This document shows, piece by piece, positions 60,365 to 62,095 of a DNA stretch of 62,095 bases. The stretch comes from an uncultured Fibrobacterota bacterium. GTDB taxonomy: Bacteria > Fibrobacterota > Chitinivibrionia > Chitinivibrionales > CAYFVL01. A program made the translations under genes and the position numbers. The number at the start of each line of letters is the position of its first letter. The first letter of the stretch is position 1. Where the stretch lies: positions 1-62,095 of the forward strand of contig CAZPHU010000009.1 in NCBI GenBank assembly GCA_964586285.1. Direction: 5' to 3'. The notes under the pieces are model-generated. The model was not told the origin of the DNA and ran no database searches. It was given only the letters and a program-made list of their open reading frames with translations.

Positions 60365-60393
60365 TTGACTCTGGACTCTTCTTCCGATATAAT
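60365..60393 (+). promoter_or_regulatory. Near-consensus sigma-70 promoter
   Basis: TTGACT (60365-60370), 17-nt spacer, TATAAT (60388-60393). Confidence 0.75.
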
Positions 60394-60480
60394 AAAGAAA
60401 CATAGTTTAAGCGATATAATAAATTCTGGGTTTATAGCTCACTTGCCGCCTTATTGAGGTCACCTCGTCTCTAATCAAAA

Positions 60481-61749
60481 GTGGATGAATTTGCAAGTGC
60501 ATCTAAGTCCGAGTACGTTGACATATACATTTCGTTTACTGTTTTCCCAAATACCAGGGAGTTCACTTCTATGCCCGCTTTGCAGCAGTACAGCCTTGAC
60601 CCGGTTATGAACAACCTTACACCATTTCTGGAATCACTTGATGAATATCCGGAGACAATCACCGGTTTCCCGTCTCCCGATACGGGACGTCTTCCCAGGG
60701 CGTATATCAGTCGGATAAGTTTTTTCCCAATCGGTGATCCGCCCGATTTCGACACGGTTTCGGAATTTCTTCTGCTGGATTATCTGAATGAATCCAAACG
60801 TGTCTGGACTGCTCATAAATCTGTACGCAGAGGCGATATTATATTCTTTGTGTTGGCCGGCTCGGCGCTAAAGGAGTTGAGGACGGTCAAAAAGATTTTT
60901 GACGATTCTGGATATCAATTTCCACACCCCTGGGCCAGGCTTTATGAGTGGACAAAACAAAATGCCAAAAAACTCATTGCCTATTCGTATTACCTGGGTG
61001 AGCCCAAAGAAATCGAAGACATGAGTCACACAAGATGGAAACAACAGGCGCGGCTGGGAAAAATACAGTTTCTACGCAAGTCGCTGCCCATAACACAGCT
61101 TGATTATTCCAGTGTCCCAACCGCACGCGAAGAGATTGTCGGCGGACTGGGAACGGACATGAATCCGCATCGATATCTGTCTACGGCATCATTTGATCTG
61201 CTTCAAAAAGAAATCATCAAGCATAATCCTAATAAAGCGTTGCAGGAAATAACTGTCGCCACATTCGGAAAATATGCAGAAATTAGTTCCGAGAATTGGA
61301 TGGAAAAGATCCCCCATTATGATGATTTCTGGGCGGAGTGCCATGTGCGTGAGATCTTTGTCGATGAACTTCTGCGGCGTCTGTCCGATGACGGCCTCTA
61401 CCATGCCGAATGCGGTATCATGCGCAACAAAGTTAAAACCGGTAAATTCGTCGACTATGTAATTCGTGCCGGGGGAAGATGGATGCCGGTGGAAGTAAAA
61501 TATAACGCAAAGAGTGTCATCAAACGGCTTGAACAGCAGGTGAAGCAATATATCGACTGTGAAGCAATACTGAAAAACGGTGAGTGTGTATCCATTCCTC
61601 ACAAAGACATACTGGTCATAGATCGTGACCGTGTGTGGCTGTGGCGTAACGGTGAGCCAAACAAGACACCCATTCTTTCAAGACATGAGATCACACCCCG
61701 CATTCTGAAGGAAACAAAGGAGATGCTCGCATGGATTAATCGATCTTAA
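60481..61749 (+). CDS. Hypothetical protein: EVE/PUA-like region plus C-terminal PD-(D/E)XK endonuclease
   Basis: WTAHKSVRRGDIIFFV in the N-half; E...FVDYVI...PVEVK...QVKQY nuclease core in the C-half. Start codon uncertain. Confidence 0.6.
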   Translation: MDEFASASKSEYVDIYISFTVFPNTREFTSMPALQQYSLDPVMNNLTPFLESLDEYPETITGFPSPDTGRLPRAYISRISFFPIGDPPDFDTVSEFLLLDYLNESKRVWTAHKSVRRGDIIFFVLAGSALKELRTVKKIFDDSGYQFPHPWARLYEWTKQNAKKLIAYSYYLGEPKEIEDMSHTRWKQQARLGKIQFLRKSLPITQLDYSSVPTAREEIVGGLGTDMNPHRYLSTASFDLLQKEIIKHNPNKALQEITVATFGKYAEISSENWMEKIPHYDDFWAECHVREIFVDELLRRLSDDGLYHAECGIMRNKVKTGKFVDYVIRAGGRWMPVEVKYNAKSVIKRLEQQVKQYIDCEAILKNGECVSIPHKDILVIDRDRVWLWRNGEPNKTPILSRHEITPRILKETKEMLAWINRS

Positions 61750-62095
61750 CGCTCAGGCTCGTATAAGCCCATGCAATCATGACGAAAGAAGGATTTTGCA
61801 TCGAGAGTCAACAAGGTTCGTATTCCAATCTGCATACCTGGTTTGTCAATCCCCATTTTCGCATATCTCAACCGGATACATGGCAACCCCATTGCATCTA
61901 TGTATCAGCTTCTCCTAAAGAGTCTCACCTTTTTCGCTATGACAATGATTTGTGCAATACATCCATACGTCCGGTTCGACTTCGACGAACCCTCCCGATT
62001 CGTTCCGAGATAATACATCCATAATTGCGCTTCGAATCTCGTGATGAGCGGCTTTCATGGCGATGAAAATGTGAAGGGTTTTCATGGCGATGTTA

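Overview
Bacterial chromosomal segment of moderate GC with about 44 protein-coding genes. I found no rRNA, tRNA, CRISPR array or transposase. The gene types (giant TPR exported protein, membrane Ser/Thr kinase with Ig-rich lipoprotein, GH52) suggest a Gram-negative, probably Fibrobacterota/Chitinivibrionia-like organism; this is inference only. The housekeeping backbone is argC-B-D-G, argH, smc, ispD, tag, alaA, ftsX-envC-holB-ricT-metG-recJ and a DinG/XPD helicase. The most unusual elements are: (1) a 10-gene dedicated acyl-lipid cluster at 32.2-43.1 kb (MMPL exporter, lipocalin-like protein, FabG, FabZ, active KS plus catalytically dead KS/CLF, ACP, LpxL-family acyltransferase, two CrtI/RetSat-like flavoproteins); (2) a RuBisCO-like protein fused to the cupin of the MTA-isoprenoid shunt; (3) a phosphoribulokinase-like kinase fused to a DHDPS-family aldolase, next to a GH52 xylosidase and a D-lyxose isomerase that carries an in-frame TGA; (4) an EVE/PUA-like plus PD-(D/E)XK candidate modification-dependent nuclease; (5) non-coding signals, namely a shared palindrome plus sigma-54-like promoter in front of two unlinked genes and three NrdR-box-like sites at the smc promoter. 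All functional calls come from reading motifs by eye; no searches were run.
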